13,833 nucleotides of DNA, from positions 1 through 13,833 of the forward strand of contig NZ_JHXR01000039.1 of assembly GCF_000621645.1 (NCBI RefSeq), read 5' to 3'. A model generated the notes under the pieces. That model saw only the letters and a list, made by a program, of their open reading frames with translations. It did not search any database and was not told the origin of the DNA. Both the position numbers and the translations under genes were made by a program. Positions 12,970-13,833 of this stretch are shown in pieces (position 1 is the stretch's first letter; every line of letters starts with the position of its first letter). This DNA comes from Vibrio cholerae ATCC 14035. Lineage in GTDB: Bacteria; Pseudomonadota; Gammaproteobacteria; Enterobacterales; Vibrionaceae.

Positions 12970-13833
12970 CTGAACTGCTCCAAGTCGCACGACAGTGCGA
13001 TCGCTGACTTTTTACTCGTAAAACGAGTGGTATTTTGTCGATTCCGAGCGTTTCAAGCCACTTTCAGCCGTTTTCTCCGGCTATTGGCGGATTTCAGGCA
13101 GATCTCGCCTGTCGTCGTATCAGTTGGTCGACTTTGACCAGATTCGCCAAGGTGAATAGCATGGCTAATTGGTTGTCGTTTTTCATCAGGCCTTTGTAGC
13201 GGGCTTTGATAAAACCAAACTGGCATTTAATGATGCGAAACGGGTGCTCGACTTTGGCCCGAATGCTGGCTTTCAAGTATTCGATATGGATGGCCACTTT
13301 GTTTTTGCGAGGGTGCTTTTTCAGGGCGCGAACTTTACCGGGACGTTCGGCTATCAGCCAATCAACGTCTGCCCCCTTCAGCTCGTCGCGCTTGTGTGCA
13401 CCTTGGTAGCCTGCATCACCGGAGACGAATTCTTCATCACCGTGTAGCAGGTTGCTCAATTGATTCAGATCATGCTCGTTAGCGGCAGTAGTCACCAGTG
13501 TATGAGTGAGGCCACTTTTGGCATCCACACCAATATGTGCCTTCATACCGAAGTGCCACTCATTGCCTTTCTTGGTCTGGTGCATTTCGGGATCACGTTG
13601 GTTGGTTTTGTTCTTGGTCGAGCTGGGCGCTTCGATAATCGTCGCATCGACCAACGTGCCTTGCTTCATCAGCACGCCGCGCTCGCTGAGCCATTGATTG
13701 ATCGGCTCGAACACACTGCGTCCCAGCTGATGCTGCTCTAACAAGTGGCGGAAGTTCATGATGGTAGTGCGGTCGGGAATGGCTCTGTCCAGCGAAAGAT
13801 GGGCAAATAACCGCATGGACGCGATCTCATAGA
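12965..13833 (-). mobile_element. IS5-family insertion sequence (IS5 group), partial; continues beyond the window
   Basis: It contains an InsH-like transposase gene. I infer the left boundary only from the expected ~110-125 bp between the transposase stop and the IS end, and from weak similarity of 12965-12986 (GGTGACTGAACTGCTCCAAGTC) to the IS5 terminal repeat (GGAAGGTGCGAACAAGTC). The boundary is uncertain by about 10 bp. Confidence 0.75.
13094..13833 (-). CDS. IS5-family DDE transposase (InsH-like), 5' end outside the window
   Basis: There is near-collinear identity to E. coli IS5 InsH as I recall it, including [117 protein letters not shown] and [19 protein letters not shown]. The frame stays open upstream of the first ATG to the window edge (..YEIAS before MRLF). 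Confidence 0.92.
   Translation of the reverse strand, partial: YEIASMRLFAHLSLDRAIPDRTTIMNFRHLLEQHQLGRSVFEPINQWLSERGVLMKQGTLVDATIIEAPSSTKNKTNQRDPEMHQTKKGNEWHFGMKAHIGVDAKSGLTHTLVTTAANEHDLNQLSNLLHGDEEFVSGDAGYQGAHKRDELKGADVDWLIAERPGKVRALKKHPRKNKVAIHIEYLKASIRAKVEHPFRIIKCQFGFIKARYKGLMKNDNQLAMLFTLANLVKVDQLIRRQARSA

Noticed and set aside
13169-13741. Four + strand ORFs (13169-13447, 13206-13409, 13460-13741, 13506-13697) opposite the transposase
   Set aside because: They are antisense to a transposase gene that matches IS5 InsH almost residue for residue. They are shadow ORFs in a GC-richer segment.

Overview
This window is a Vibrio cholerae-type sedentary chromosomal integron (superintegron) cassette array. 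Eighteen ~125-bp attC sites of the VCR family (consensus TAACAAACGCCTCAAGAGGGACTGTCAACGCG...CAGCCCCTTAGGCGGGCGTTA) lie in the same orientation and bound 17 complete cassettes. There is also a partial cassette at the left edge, and a last cassette at the right that runs into a partial IS5-family insertion sequence. The attC polarity (R'' then R' on the + strand) places intI/attI/Pc to the left of the window.

Cassettes with recognisable cargo:
- DUF3465-like secreted protein
- HEPN-like protein
- reverse-oriented orphan sulfate-binding protein (Sbp-like)
- DJ-1/PfpI-family protein
- DUF2806-like 285-aa protein
- Cys-rich lipoprotein
- DUF1289-type Cys-rich small protein
- higB-2/higA-2 toxin-antitoxin pair with a palindromic operator
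- GNAT acetyltransferase
- several small exported or membrane orphans

Features not explained by ordinary genes:
- three ORF-less cassettes: two are diverged paralogues (~93% identical) sharing a conserved nested hairpin, and the third has an internal ~84-bp direct repeat
- a 1.3-kb cassette with two convergent genes, one reverse-oriented behind its own repeat-bearing upstream region
- two cassettes with a distinct non-VCR attC class
- compensatory stem substitutions in the divergent attCs

All functional calls come from reading the translations by eye. No database search was run.
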